DNA from: Malacoraja senta | Taxonomy: Eukaryota | Assembly: GCA_038087875.1 (NCBI GenBank) | Contig: CM076001.1 | Coordinates: 870,001-934,000 of the forward strand | Direction: 5' to 3' | DNA length: 64,000 nucleotides | In this document: positions 48,736 through 61,904 of the stretch, one piece after another | How positions within the stretch are numbered: position 1 is the first letter of the stretch | How the letters are laid out: each line of letters starts with the position of its first letter | Position numbers and translations under genes: made by a program | Notes under the pieces: model-generated | Database searches by the model: none | What the model saw: the letters and a program-made list of their open reading frames with translations, nothing else | What the model was told of the DNA's origin: nothing

Positions 48736-49632
48736 CTTCAGGCTACTTTGCCCATGCCGACCAAGATGCTCCATCTACGCTTATCCCACCTGCCCAAGTT
48801 TGGTCCATATCCCTCGAAAACTTGTGTAGGAACTGCAGATGCTGGCTTAAACTGAAGATGGACACATAAAGCTGGAGTAACTCTGTGGGTCAGACAGCAT
48901 CTCTGGAGAAAAGGAATAGGTGAGGTTTTGGGTCGAGACCCTTATTCAGGCTTCAGAGTTTATGTATCTATCTTCCCGCTAAACCGTTCCTATCCATGTG
49001 CCTGTCCAAAAAGATGGTTGATGATTCAGGCCGTGACTCTACATCAGGACTGGTGCTAACTGTGATTTTCAGTTTCCAGTCAAACACTATTTCTCAGCAG
49101 GTCGAAGCAACACTCCAAATATACTCGTGAAACTCCATGGATCCATGTACTATTTTTTAAAGTTACAATAATGATTCCCTATATAAATAACAAAGTCTGT
49201 CGGAGAACACATACACATCGAAACTTGGCAGCTACTAGCAATGTAGCAAATTCAAATCAAGAATTTACAGGAGCCTTGCACCTCCCTCTCAGAAAACAAT
49301 ATACAATATAACATTAATTTATCATGTATTAAAGGCCAATCAGCCAACCTCTTTGGAATTTGGCAATATATCTGCCAATCTGATTTATCGATTAAATTTC
49401 TATTTTTAAAATTATTATTGATTTTCCCCAGTGCTATACATGCTTTCTTGATAGCTCGCAGTACAGGTGTGACATGTTACTGATTGAACATTAAAAAGTG
49501 GAGCCATGGAGAAAGCAGTCTGTCCTGCTTATATTGTTGTAACATCAAACCCCCAAGAGAATAATAATTTATTATAAAATAGCATTAGAGATGTTGAACC
49601 TGGCTTTATATTTTAGTACTGGCATAAGGCAC

Positions 49633-49797
49633 AGAGAAAGTTAGATTTAGCTCTTAGAGCTAAAGGAATCAAGGGATAGGGGGGAAAGGCAGGAACGGGG
49701 TACTGATTTTGGATGATCAGCCATGATCATATTGAATAGTGGTGCTGGCTCGAAGGGCCGAATGACCTACGCCTGCACCTATTTTCTATGTTTCTAT
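49633..49797 (+). mobile_element. CR1 3' UTR fragment
   Basis: GGCTCGAAGGGCCGAATGACCTACGCCTGCACCTATTTTCTATGTTTCTAT. Confidence 0.85.
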
Positions 49798-50984
49798 AAG
49801 CTAAGATAGAGGGAGCAGTACTCATCAGGTTATTCTTGAAGAGAACTTGTCATTGAAGGGAAAACTCTACATGGGGTGAAAATGAACACTGGACAGAAGT
49901 AAGGAAATCTGAGAAAAAGAAAAGCAAGAACGTTTGGAGAAATATTTTCTCGGGCAGGGAGAGACATTATTTGGATGAAGTACAAACTGGTGACCATTAA
50001 AATACAACAATTATGACTGTCTAAAATGTAATGGATAGCCAAGGCTATTCTGTCAGCTACTCACAAACACACAATTCTACCACAAAGATGGAAAAGAACA
50101 GCAGGCTCATGGAAGCATCACACCTGCAGCCACTTCTTCATCCTTCAACATCTCCGAGTCTAAACCCTGGAGATCCCGACACAACCACACAGTGTGATTA
50201 CCAATGCCAGAAAGACTGCAAAGACTTAAGACTTAAAACAGCTCTTCATCATGTGCTCAAACACAATTAAGAATGGGCAAGAAGTAATGATCCCCTTAGT
50301 CCTATCCACACCCTGTAAATATATTAAAGTTGCAGGCTTTTTGGATTCACCCGCTTACAGTATTTTTGAACTATTGTATCTGGCTCTCTCTTTTTCTTCA
50401 GTACTTAGATTAAAAGCCACTTTACCGGCAACTCTTCCTACTGCTTCCACCTTTGAACGGTGCACATTTCTCCATTTTGAAGCATTTTGGGACACTTATT
50501 ATTAAATACTCTTGTTGTGATCCGGGAACATTTTGGGGGGGATTTAACGGTCTGTAAGCAAAACATTACCTGGAAATCCAGGTGTATTTAATAGGATCTG
50601 CTAGAACTGTGTAGGAATACCAAAATTCATTTTCTGGGTGAAGGTGTGCAGCCTGGTTTTCCTCTCCCAAGGCTGCCGTGTACCCAAGTGGTATTGCATG
50701 TTTTCAGCACCATAAATGTGTCTCTTTCGGATTCTGAATTGGCTGTGCTGCGACTTGGTTGCTTCTTTGGTGGTTTGGGGAGGGTGTGGAGATGTACAGG
50801 TCCTGTGATCTGGATGGTGGGGAGAAGGAAAGGATGGTGGAGGAAGTGGGAAGAGAAGGGGGGTTAGATCGGGTTAGGCATTGGGTGGGGTTGGAGTGCG
50901 TTTGGATTGATGCTGCTGGTAAATTGCAAAATGTTCTCACATTCTCATCAATTCCACATACATTTTACTTCTACCTTAAAAACC

Positions 50985-51180
50985 AGGGGCAATTTATAAT
51001 AGCAAATTGAGCTACCAATCTGCATATATTTGGGATGTGGGAAGAAGCCACAGCTGCTAAGAGTTAACTCCGATGAAGAATGTGCAAACTCCATGTAAAC
51101 AGGACTCAAGGTCAGAATTAAACTTGGGTCTATGACACTGAGAGGCAGTGGCTCCACTGGCTGCACCATTGTGCCACTCA
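50985..51180 (-). mobile_element. Degenerate HE1-like SINE
   Basis: TTTGGGATGTGGGAAGAAGCC ... GCTGCACCATTGTGCCAC. Confidence 0.7.
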
Positions 51181-52358
51181 TGATCAAAGCAGACATTGCA
51201 AATGCATTCAACCTTGCAACCATTGCAGATACACATAAAAATCACCCCCATGAAATGCATCAATGCATGTCTAAAATTTACTCTGCCATTTGAGGACTCC
51301 ATTAAAGTTACTTTTAAAATGAGCAGAGATGGCGATAAACAGCATGTTAAAAATGCCTTGACATTGTGTATTAGCATAGCTCAGGTTCTACGACGCATAA
51401 AATGTTCTGGAGTCACCCAAACTCTACTCTCCAGCTTGGTGTACAACATAACAGAGACTAGTTTACAGAGTCTGGGAGGGTGGAAGTGATGACAGCCAGT
51501 GATGTCTGTGGATGCGGCCTGGATAATGTTGCAGTGCTGAAAGTCAGACAGGCACATTTTGAACTCTGGTGGGTCATTCTCCATCAGCAGGTTATCATTC
51601 AGATTAAATCTGGAGTCTTTTATGTAAATGTACTGCACAGCAATCAAAGCAACGAGTGGCTTTTTGCAAAAGCAGCCGAGGCCTTTAATGAACATGATGA
51701 CTAAATTTTTTTTATTAATCCAGACATTCTTTACCAACGATTGAAACATCACCAATTGAAGCTCAGTGCTGCAGGCAGAGACTGCTAACTCACTCTAAAA
51801 CAGTTAAATAACAGAGCTAATGCTTCTGTAAATAATGAACAGTGACTTATAGATTTAATTCCTTGAGAGGCAAATGGATTTTCATCTTTTAGCCAGCCTG
51901 CAATTTCAGCAACAGTATCCAAAGCATAAAATGGAAACAAGTTTTATCCTGGCTGCAGAACAGCCAATATGATATGAAGAAACGAGTTTAAACAGGGCTT
52001 TGAACAATGCTTAAGTAATTATATAGTCAAATTTCAAACTCCCTTGATGACACTAATCTATATCAGGGATTTAGTACACAATGGGTTATTTTGTATTATT
52101 TTTGTATTGCTGGCATAATCTTGTTTCTTGCTACACCGAGAATGCATTTTTTCAGTAAGAAATTGCCAAAGGATAACTCATATAGATCGATTATTGGGCA
52201 ACCTAAGATTGACTCACAGCAGCTTTCATTAAAGCTAACTGCCCATATTCCCACTGGACTTTCTGTCTACCTTGATACAAAGTTGGAGGTCCACTAAATA
52301 AATAGGCGGAGAAGTCAACCTCATGTCTTAAAAACATTCTTCTGCAAACTTTGTAGAA

Positions 52359-52359
<1 letters not shown>

Positions 52360-52391
<32 letters not shown>
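52360..52391. repeat. (TA)n microsatellite
   Basis: Direct reading. Confidence 0.95.
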
Positions 52392-52397
<6 letters not shown>

Positions 52398-53825
52398 ATA
52401 TGATCATTTGCCAGAGGCAAACTCGAGCCTGCATTGTCACTCTGCAAATCTGTAACTCTGTCATGAACAAGTTTCAGCTGAGAGCCACTATAACAGATGC
52501 CACGTCAAGATTAACTATTTCTCTAGACGGTACTATACACTGACTAAATCCTGTTAAGACTTGTTTTCTCCAAGGCCTTCTCAAGATTTAATTTCCATGG
52601 ACATTTACCAATGCTGTCGCACATTAATTTAAATCTTGCCTTTCTAATAAGTATTTGCTCTAATTAAGTGGTTACTACCACGGCTTTTAGAGACCCAGCC
52701 TTATGGTCGCAGTTAAATAGTTTCAATGAGAACTCGTATACAGCAACACTTAGTTAATATGTCTATTGTTTCTTAGGATCTCTTTTTGTTAAGGCACAAA
52801 TCATAAAATATGTCTGAGTACTTTGGGCCTTGTGCTGCAATAGAGATACTATTTTTGCAACAATAAGTGCCCTTTGGCTAGGTATTTTCCTAATACATAG
52901 CAACACTGAACAATGTAATTGTGCCATAGCAAGTTCAGTCTAAGGTGTCTAGGCATCTGTAGAAATGGGCTGTTGGCTCAGGTTTCATTTCAGCTCCTGA
53001 ACATTGGAGTCAAACTTATTTGGCATTTCAGCTATGTAATCCAGATTTTGACTATTCTCACACTCCCTCTCATTTTGTAAAGTTTGGACACTGAGAATAT
53101 AGAGGTGAGATTTTAGCTGCCCTTCTTCTTCCTGTTCATTTTTTTTTATCTTGCCCATTCTACATTTATTTGTTCATATAAAAAGTGATTTAATTTGGTT
53201 ACAACTTGCAAAGTAGTCTTAAAAAAGTGGGTGTTGTCTGTGTGTTCACATGCTCTCTCTATTGCTCTGTGGGCTTTTGCTGGGTTCTCTGCTTTCTACC
53301 CGTATCCCAAGCACATGCCAGTAAATTACAGATAGGAATTTTTTTTTTAACTGCTGGAAACTGAGAGATGCTGGTGAATCTTACTCTTTCCATCAGTCTG
53401 TATCGTAGCTGGTAATTTCTGCTGATTTGTCACAGATTTTATGGTTTACGGTCAGATCTGCTGTGCTTGTCCCATGACCTTACAATTAGAAACATTCAAT
53501 GAACAAAGAAGCTCTGTCAGATATTAAAAGCCACATTAAACCATAGCGGATTTGCAAATGCAACAAGTAATTGCAGATGCTGGTTTATTTAAAAACAAAA
53601 CAAAGGGCTGCAGTGGGTCAGTGGGGTAGGTTTGGAAGAATAAGTGGTCAGGCAGCATCTGTGGATATCATGGACAGGTGACATTTTGGGTTGGGACCCT
53701 GATTTTGCTCAGACTCACACCAGGAAGCTCAACATTGTTTACAGATGTACACTGCACTAATTTCAGTAGTACATGCATTCTGCAGGGTGAGAGAGTAGGG
53801 GAAGGAGATGTATCGCTTCTGAATA

Positions 53826-54210
53826 GTTCAGTTTCAGTTTAGTTTATTGTCACGTGTACCGAGGTACAGTGAACAGCTTTTGTTGCGTGCTAACCACTCA
53901 GCAGAAAGACAATACTTGATTACAATCAATCCATTTATAGTGTACAGATACATGATAAAGGAATAACGTTTAGTGTAACGTAAAGCCAGCAAAGTCCGAT
54001 CAAGGATAGTCCGAGGGTCATCAAAGAGGTAGATAGTAGTTCAGCACCGCTCTCTGGTTGTGGTAGGATGATTCAGTTGCCTGATAGCAGTTGAGAAGAA
54101 ACTGTCTCTGAATCTGGAGGTGTGCATTTTCACACGTCTAAAACCTTTTGCCTGATGGGAGAGGGGAGACGAGGGAGTGGCCAGGGTGCGACTCATCCTT
54201 GATTATGCTG
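53826..54210 (-). mobile_element. LINE 3' fragment (Rex1/L2-like)
   Basis: TTTAGTTTATTGTCACGTGTACCGAGGTACAGTG; homologous to 12325-12630. Confidence 0.7.
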
Positions 54211-57029
54211 AAAACTGCTGCAGGACTGCAAAACGTAAAGGCTTGTGACAAGGTTAGGGAGATGGTGCACCTCAATGGCTGGGAGATCCCTGGGGAGAAA
54301 ACCCCATAGGCTAAACAAAGCTATCACTTTAACAGCCTAAAATTTAACCTTGAGCACAGCCGGGAAACCAGCATTTTTAAACTGAAAATCCAAGGAAGAA
54401 CATTTTACCACTATGTTAATAATACAATCCTCGAAGGTTGATGAGTTGGGAGGGCATACCCTGCAGATCTGGGCTCCTATCTATCATTGGAAGAGAGTGA
54501 GGGTGTAAAGTATCTCCTCTGATGGAAGAGCACGGTAATAGAAATGACAATCTCACATTAATACATTACCAACCATATAAAATCTGTCATTTCCACTGAG
54601 CCTTTGTTATGTAAAGAAAAGGCATCTGGAAACAGAACCTGGGAAAGACCGAAGTGATGTTCGTAGGGTTGTGCTGAGAGAACTCAGCCAAAGTTCACAT
54701 CCTAGGCTTGTCCAATCTGACCACCCTCTTCCCATCACCTCCATTGCTGGTCGATGGAAGCTGATGACTGGAATTCTGCATTGCCAATAGCCCCTGTTTA
54801 TTCATTCATTCATATCTACCCCGCTGACCATTGCTCCACTGATTTCTCCTCATCCTTTGTGTCTGTTTTGAGGTGCTGTGATCGCTTCCCAACATGGCAG
54901 GTGCTTTGTAAATGTAACTTGTTGTTGTCATGTCCCAGCTGTGGGAGTGATAAGACAGAGTGTTAAAGGCAGGAAATTGCTCCATTCCCCAGCACTCATA
55001 TTTCTCATCACAAAGATTGCTAAGTCTTAGATAATCATCCATCTATAATGAAAACTGCCTGTGATGTTACTACAATTTACACTGTCCTGTCATTTTGAGT
55101 AACTCGGGTAATTTATCCCCCTGCCATGAGAGCCTTGTGTCCTAACAATAGCAGCCAGTTTGAACTGTAAGAATTTATCTTCCAATGATTACTGCACTTC
55201 TTGAATAAAGTAGGTTCACATTTTCACCCAGTGCCCAGATCCATGTGTTTTAGCGTCACATCCATGTCCTTTACAGGTCTTTACCATGTGAATACACTTA
55301 AATGCTTTTGAGTATCAGAGCAGCTTTTGTTTAATTTAATTTGCTTGAAGAGGAATCCTGCTAATGGGGGTAAGACATCTGTGGTGCTGATACGCTTATT
55401 CCAATAGCTGATCTGCTTATCAAGTCAAAACAAGTCTCAGTAGGTGACTGATGCTTGATGGAGAGTGGGATTCGCTCCATTCTACTCAACGACCCTGTTT
55501 CTTATTGAAGTGTTCTTATTGCCATCCTGCCAGCTAAGTACAGACCAGGAACCAAACAATGGGACCTTCCTATTGCTAATCACATTTATTCATTATATAT
55601 TGGATTGGATCTTCTTGGACCTTGCCAGCCACCCAGTTACCACCTGCCCTCCCCGTCTAAGTGCATTCTCTTTGCCCCAATGCTGTGGTCTTTCTCTGCG
55701 TCCTTGTCAGGTAATAGAGAAGGATGTAGTTAAAGTCTCAACAGTGACTGGGCCTCAGCTGGTACAACATTTTAAAATTTGGTAAGATTAAGGAGAACAT
55801 TATTTAATGATTAATACATTTCATTTAAAAATAGAAAATATGGTTAACCTGAACACCTAGAAACAATTAAGAGATTAAATTGAAGTAAAGTGGTTTAAAA
55901 ATAAATTATTCACACTTTTTCTAATCCACAGGCCTAAAACTTCCATTGATGTAAATGCTGTTTTCAATCTAAAGCTGGTCTGACTGGATCAGCATATGAA
56001 TGGCAAGTTTCCAGTATAATGTAGAGGGATCTCAGCAAGACAGGGCCACATTGCTGTGGAATCCAAAATGGAGCATGGAGCAGATAGGGCATTATTTGTT
56101 ACACAGTAAGCTCAGGACTTACTTTCGTCTCAACCCGAAACATCACCCAATCCTTCTCTCCAGAGATGCTGCCTGTCCCGTTGTGTTACTCCAGCATTTT
56201 GTGTCTATCTTCGGTGTAACCCAGCATCTGCAGTTCCTTTCTACCCAATACTTTCTTTCAAATGGTTGGGAGCTTCACCCCAGTAACTCCAAGTTAATAA
56301 ATGAATATCCTCGGCACAGTTCCATTTATGTATTTGATCATTCTATTTTAATGCATGCTCCTGTCTTGCATAAGTTGTGTTGCTATATTTTTTAATCTAG
56401 AGCAATTTATGAAAAAGTAATTTATTTGTCAAAAGGAAATAACTATTATCTCTTTTATCTACAGTGCCAAGATTGCAGTGATCTGGAACTTCTAGCTGGA
56501 TGATTTCATGTCCAGATTTACGATCAGCTGAAAGCATTCGCTGTGTCATGGAACAAGGAATGATTCCCAGAATCCGGTTGGCACAGGTGGATGTTTTGAC
56601 AATACTTTTATGATAACAAAGAACTATTTCATTTCAACTGAAGTTCTTAGCTGAACTACAGTGATGTTTGAAAAACATTAATAAGAAGATATCCTAAGAA
56701 CTGCTTAAATCTTCAATTATTGCAAATGTTCTTGCAGTTATTTAATTGCGAAATAATATTGTTGCAATGTGCAGCTAAAAATATGGTGAAAATACATTAA
56801 AATGTTATTGAACCCAGCCATCACTGTGCACAATCTGCCCTTGCAACAAACTCATGCCCCTTTCTCCTTTCCCCACCATCCCCTCCCATTCCATGTCGCA
56901 AAGAAACACTCACCAAATCTAATTTTGAGGAAAACTTTGAGAAATTTCTTTCCAGCCACTGATGGTCAAACAAATTCCAGGAAAACCGACGTGTGATAAA
57001 CCCCTCAGTACCAGTCTGCAGTTATAAAT

Positions 57030-57410
57030 TCATAAGTTCTTGGAACAGAATTGGGCCATTCAGCTCATCAAGTCTACTCCGCCATTCAATCATGGCTGAT
57101 CTATCTTTCCCCCTCAACTCCATACTCCAGCCTTCGCCCCATAACCCCTGACACCTTTACTAATCAAGAATCTGTCAATCTCCACCTTAAAAATATCCAC
57201 TGACTTGACCTCCACAGCCGTCTGTGGCAATTAATTCCACAGATTCACCACTAAAGAAATTCCTTATCATCTCCTTTCCAAAGCCTTTCATTCTGATCTG
57301 GTCCTGGACTCTCCTACTAGTGGAAACATCCTCTTCACATTCACTCTATCTAAGCTTTTCACTATTCGGTAAGTTTCAATGAGGTCCTCCCTCATCCTTC
57401 TAATCTCCAG
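57030..57410 (-). mobile_element. CR1 3' fragment
   Basis: Homologous to 19820-20180. Confidence 0.85.
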
Positions 57411-57564
57411 TAGTGCAGACTGAGTACACAGTTATGTGTCCACGCTTCTGGCAAATCACTCACTCCATTGCAAGCAACCTACTCCACTGCACTCTGCAAG
57501 AAAATAAGTATCTTCTAACATCTAAGCTATCAATGATGTAATCTATTCTTAAATTCTTTACTTG

Positions 57565-57751
57565 CAGTGCCTTCCATAATGTTTGGGACAAAGACCCATC
57601 ATTTATTTATTTGCCTCTGTACTCCACAATTTGAGATTTGTAATAGAAAAAATCACATGTGGTTAAAGTGCACATTGTCAGATTTTATTAAAGGGTATTT
57701 TTATACATTTGGGTTTCACCATGTAGAAATTACAGCTGTGTTTATACATAG
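57565..57751 (+). mobile_element. Tc1/mariner-like terminal fragment
   Basis: Begins CAGTGCCTTCCATAATGTTTGGGACA (Tc1-type CAGTG end); no partner TIR in the window. Confidence 0.5.
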
Positions 57752-57859
57752 ATTATAACCATAACATAACAGCACGGAAACAGGCCATCTCGGCCCTTCA
57801 AGTCCGTGCCGAACATTAAATTTTTTTTTTTTTTTTTAATTAAAAATAAATACTTCCCC

Positions 57860-60766
57860 CTAGTCCCATCTACCTGCACTCAGACCATAACCCTCCATTC
57901 CTTTCCCGTCCATATACCCATCCAATCTATTTTTAAAGGATAACATCGAACCTGCCTCCACCACTTCCAATGGAAGCTCATTCCACACAGCTACCACTCT
58001 CTGAGTAAAGAAGTTCCCCCTAATGTTCCCCCTAAACTTCTGTCCCTTAATTCTCAAGTCATGTCCCCTTGTTTGAATCTTCCCTACTCTCAATGGGAAA
58101 AGCTTATCCACGTCCACTCTGTCTAACCTGCTCATAATTTTAAAGACCTCTATCAAGTCCCCTCTTAACCTTCTGCGCTCCAAAGAATAAAGACCTAACT
58201 TGTTCAACCTTTCTCTGTAACTTAGTTGCTGAAACCCAGGCAACATTCTAGTAAATCTCCTCTGTACTCTCTCTATTTTGTTGACATCCTTCCTATAATT
58301 AGGCGACCAAAATTGTACTCCATACTCCAGAATTGGCCTCACCAATGCCTTGTACAATTTTAACATTACATCCCAACTTCTATATTCAATGCTCTGATTT
58401 ATAAAGGCCAGCACACCAAAAGCTTTCTTTACCACCCTATCTACATGAGATTCCACCTTCAGGGAACTATGCACAGTTATTCCTAGATCCCTCTGTTCAA
58501 CTGCATTCCTCAATTCGCTACCATTTACCGTGTACGTCCTATTTTGATTTGTCCTGCCGAGATGTAGCACCTCACATTTGTCAGCATTAAACTCCATCTG
58601 CCATCTTTCAGCCCACTCTTCCAAATGGCCTAAATCTCTCTGTAGACTTTGAAAATCTACTTCATTATCCACAACACCACCTATCTTAGTATCATCTGCA
58701 TACTTACTAATCCAATTTTCCACACCATCATCCAGATCATTGATGTACATGACAAACAACAGTGGACCCAACACAGACCCCTGAGGCACCCCACTAGTCA
58801 CCGGCCTCCAACCTGACAAACAGCCATCCACCATTACTCTCTGGCATCTCCCATTCAGCCACTGTTGAATCCATCTTGCTACTCCACCATTAATACCCAA
58901 CAGTTGAATCTTCTTAACCAACCTTCCATGAGGAACCTTGTCAAAGGCCTTACTGAAGTCCATATAGACAACATCCACTGCTTTACCCTCATCAATTTCC
59001 CTAGTAACCTCTTCGAAAAATTCAAGAAGATTAGTCAAGCATGACCTTCCAGGCACAAATCCATGTTGACTGTTCCTAATCAGACCCTGCTTATCCAGAT
59101 GCTTATATATATTATCTTTAAGTATCCTTTCCATTAATTTGCCCACCACTGACGTCAAACTAACAGGTCTATAATTGCTAGGTTTACTCTTCGAACCCTT
59201 TTTAAACAACGGAACAACATGCGCAGTACGCCAATCCTCCGGCACTATTCCCGTTTCTAATGACATTTGAAATATTTCTGTCATAGCCCCTGCTATTTCT
59301 ACACTAACTTCCCTCAATGTCCCAGGGAATATCCTGTCAGGACCTGGAGCCTTATCCGTTTTCATATTTTTCAAAAGTGTCCGCACCTCCTCTTCTTTGA
59401 ATCTCACAGTTTCCATTGCTACTCTGCTTGTTTCCCTTACCCCACATAATTCCATATCCTTCTCCTTCGTGAATACCGAAGAAAATAAATTGTTCAATAT
59501 CTCCCCCATCTCTTTTGGCTCTGCAGATAGCTGTCCACTCTGACTCTTTAATGGACCAATTTTATTCCTTGTTATCCTTTTGCTATTAATATAGCTGTAG
59601 AAACCCTTTGGATTTACTTTCACCTTACTTGCCAAAGCAACCTCATATCTTCTTTTAGCTTTTCTAATTTCTTTCTTAATATTCTTTTTACATTCTTTAT
59701 ACTCCTCAAGCACCTCATTTACTCCATGCTGCCTATAATTATTGTAGATCTCTCTCTTTTTCCAAACCAAGTGTCCAATTTCCCTTGAAAACCATGGCTC
59801 TTTCCATTTTTTACTATTTCCTTTCAACCGAACAGGGACATAAAGATTCTGTACTCTTAAAATTTCACCCTTAAATGTCGTCCATTTTTCTTCTACATCC
59901 TTCCCATAAAACAACATGTCCCAATTCACTCCTTTTAAATCCTTTCGCATCTCCTCAAAGTTAGCCTTTCTCCAAACAAAAATCTCAACCCTAGGTCCAG
60001 TTCTGACCCTCTCCATAATTATATTGAAACTAATGGTATTGTGATCACTGGACCCGAAGTGCTCCCCGACGCATACCTCCGCCACCTGCCCTGTCTCATT
60101 TCCTAACAGGAGGTCCAGCACTGCCCCTTCTCTAGTAGGTACCTCTATGTATTGCTGCAAAAAACTATCTTGCACACATTTTACAAACTCCAAACCATCC
60201 AGCCCTTTTACAGAATGTGTTTCCCAGTCTATGTGTGGAAAATTGAAATCTCCCACAATCACTACCTTGTGCTTACTACTAATATCTGCTATCTCCTTAC
60301 ATATTTGCTCTTCCAATTCTCGCTCCCCATTTGGCGGTCTATAATACACCCCTATAAGTGTTGCTACACCTTTCCCATTTCTCAGTTCCACCCAAATAGC
60401 CTCCCTAGACGAGCCCTCTAATCTATCCTGCCAAAGCACTGCTGTAATATCTTCCTTGACAAGCAATGCAACACCCCCACCTCTTGCCCCTCCAATTCTA
60501 TCACCCCTGAAGCAACAAAATCCTGGAATATTTATTTGCCAATCACAGCCCTCCTGCAACCATGTTTCACTGATCGCCACAACATCATACTTCCAGGTGT
60601 CAATCCAGGCTCTAAGCTCATCCACCTTTCTTACAATGCTCCTAGCATTAAAATATACACATTTAAGAAACCCACCACCACTTATTCTCTGTTTATTATC
60701 TTTTTCTTCTTTCTCCCCTACATTTTGGGTCCGAGTGCTTCCCTTCTCTGCCTCCTGCCTCCCCAT
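57860..60766 (-). CDS. CR1 ORF2: AP endonuclease + reverse transcriptase (968 aa, uninterrupted)
   Basis: APE motifs YFNARS, AISETWL, GDFN, LDL, SDH; RT motifs NYRPVSLTS, QHGF, YMDFSKAFD, GVPQGSVLGP, YADD. Confidence 0.95.
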   Translation of the reverse strand: MGRQEAEKGSTRTQNVGEKEEKDNKQRISGGGFLKCVYFNARSIVRKVDELRAWIDTWKYDVVAISETWLQEGCDWQINIPGFCCFRGDRIGGARGGGVALLVKEDITAVLWQDRLEGSSREAIWVELRNGKGVATLIGVYYRPPNGERELEEQICKEIADISSKHKVVIVGDFNFPHIDWETHSVKGLDGLEFVKCVQDSFLQQYIEVPTREGAVLDLLLGNETGQVAEVCVGEHFGSSDHNTISFNIIMERVRTGPRVEIFVWRKANFEEMRKDLKGVNWDMLFYGKDVEEKWTTFKGEILRVQNLYVPVRLKGNSKKWKEPWFSREIGHLVWKKREIYNNYRQHGVNEVLEEYKECKKNIKKEIRKAKRRYEVALASKVKVNPKGFYSYINSKRITRNKIGPLKSQSGQLSAEPKEMGEILNNLFSSVFTKEKDMELCGVRETSRVAMETVRFKEEEVRTLLKNMKTDKAPGPDRIFPGTLREVSVEIAGAMTEIFQMSLETGIVPEDWRTAHVVPLFKKGSKSKPSNYRPVSLTSVVGKLMERILKDNIYKHLDKQGLIRNSQHGFVPGRSCLTNLLEFFEEVTREIDEGKAVDVVYMDFSKAFDKVPHGRLVKKIQLLGINGGVARWIQQWLNGRCQRVMVDGCLSGWRPVTSGVPQGSVLGPLLFVMYINDLDDGVENWISKYADDTKIGGVVDNEVDFQSLQRDLGHLEEWAERWQMEFNADKCEVLHLGRTNQNRTYTVNGSELRNAVEQRDLGITVHSSLKVESHVDRVVKKAFGVLAFINQSIEYRSWDVMLKLYKALVRPILEYGVQFWSPNYRKDVNKIERVQRRFTRMLPGFQQLSYRERLNKLGLYSLERRRLRGDLIEVFKIMSRLDRVDVDKLFPLRVGKIQTRGHDLRIKGQKFRGNIRGNFFTQRVVAVWNELPLEVVEAGSMLSFKNRLDGYMDGKGMEGYGLSAGRWD

Positions 60767-60809
60767 TTTCCACTAGCTTTCTCTATTTGAGTCCCTCCCC
60801 CCAACCGTT

Positions 60810-61745
60810 CTAGTTTAAAGTCTCCCCAGTAGCCTTTGCAAATCTCCCCGCCAGGATATTGGTCCCCCTCGGGTTCAAGTGCAACCCGTCCTTTCTGTAC
60901 AGGTCACCCCTTCCCCAAAAGAGGTCCCAATGATCCAGAAATTTGAATCCCTGCCCGCTGCACCAGTTCCTCAGCCATGCATTTATCCTCCACCTCACTC
61001 CATTCCTACTCTCACCGTCGCGTGGCACAGGTAGTAATCCTGAGATTGTTACCTTTGTAGTCCTTCTCCTTAACTCTCCTCCCAACTCCGTAAATTCTCC
61101 TTTCAAGACCTCTTCTCTTTTTCTACCTATGTCATTGGTACCTATATGTACCACAACCTCAGGCTCCTCTCCCTCCGATTTCAGGATATCTTGGACGCGT
61201 TCAGACACATCCCTAACCCTGGCACCAGGGAGGCAAACTACCATCCGGGTCTCCTGACTGCGTCCACAGAATCGCCTATCCGACCCCCTAACCATAGAGT
61301 CCCCTATTACTATTGCCCTCCTCTTCTTTTCCCTACCCTTCTGAGCAACAGGGCTGGTCTCTGTGCCGGAGGCCCGGCCGCTGTTGCTACCCACAGGAAG
61401 GCTGTCCCCCTCAACAGTACTCAAACAGGAGTACTTATTTTCAAGGTGTACAGCCACCGGGGTACTCACTAGTCCCTGCCTCTGCCCCTTGCCCTTCCTA
61501 ACCGTGACCCACTTGTCTGCCTTCCGTGGTCTTGGAGTGGCCACCTCCCTATAACTCTTTTCTATGACCTCGTCACTCTCCCTGATCAGACAGAGGTCAT
61601 CGAGCTGCTGCTCCAGGTTCCTAACACGGTCCCTTAGGAACCCCATCTCTACGCACCTGACACAGATGTGAACGTCTGGAGGGGTATCAGACTCCATGAC
61701 CTCCCACATCTGACATCCAGAACAGTAAACTGCCCTGGCCCTCAT
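60810..61745 (-). CDS. CR1 ORF1: C4 zinc finger/coiled coil + SGNH esterase (311 aa)
   Basis: CSGC...CVRC, heptad LRDRVRNLEQQLDDL, SGNH blocks GDS, PGA, GTND, DGLH. Confidence 0.93.
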   Translation of the reverse strand: MRARAVYCSGCQMWEVMESDTPPDVHICVRCVEMGFLRDRVRNLEQQLDDLCLIRESDEVIEKSYREVATPRPRKADKWVTVRKGKGQRQGLVSTPVAVHLENKYSCLSTVEGDSLPVGSNSGRASGTETSPVAQKGREKKRRAIVIGDSMVRGSDRRFCGRSQETRMVVCLPGARVRDVSERVQDILKSEGEEPEVVVHIGTNDIGRKREEVLKGEFTELGGELRRRTTKVTISGLLPVPRDGESRNGVRWRINAWLRNWCSGQGFKFLDHWDLFWGRGDLYRKDGLHLNPRGTNILAGRFAKATGETLN

Positions 61746-61904
61746 ACTCCCCCCTTACCCTGGATACAATACAAAACTGGTGGAGGAAATCAGCAGGGAT
61801 CTGACTCCCAATCAGCTGCTTTCTCTTTGTCCTCTTCCACCAATCAGCGGCTTCCTCACTTATAGGAAACTTGAATGGAACATTGCAGTTTTGGTCTTGA
61901 ATGG

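Noticed and set aside
50645..50920. VSLSDSELAVLRLG resembling a Penelope ORF N-terminus
   Set aside because: Too short and degenerate to support a call.
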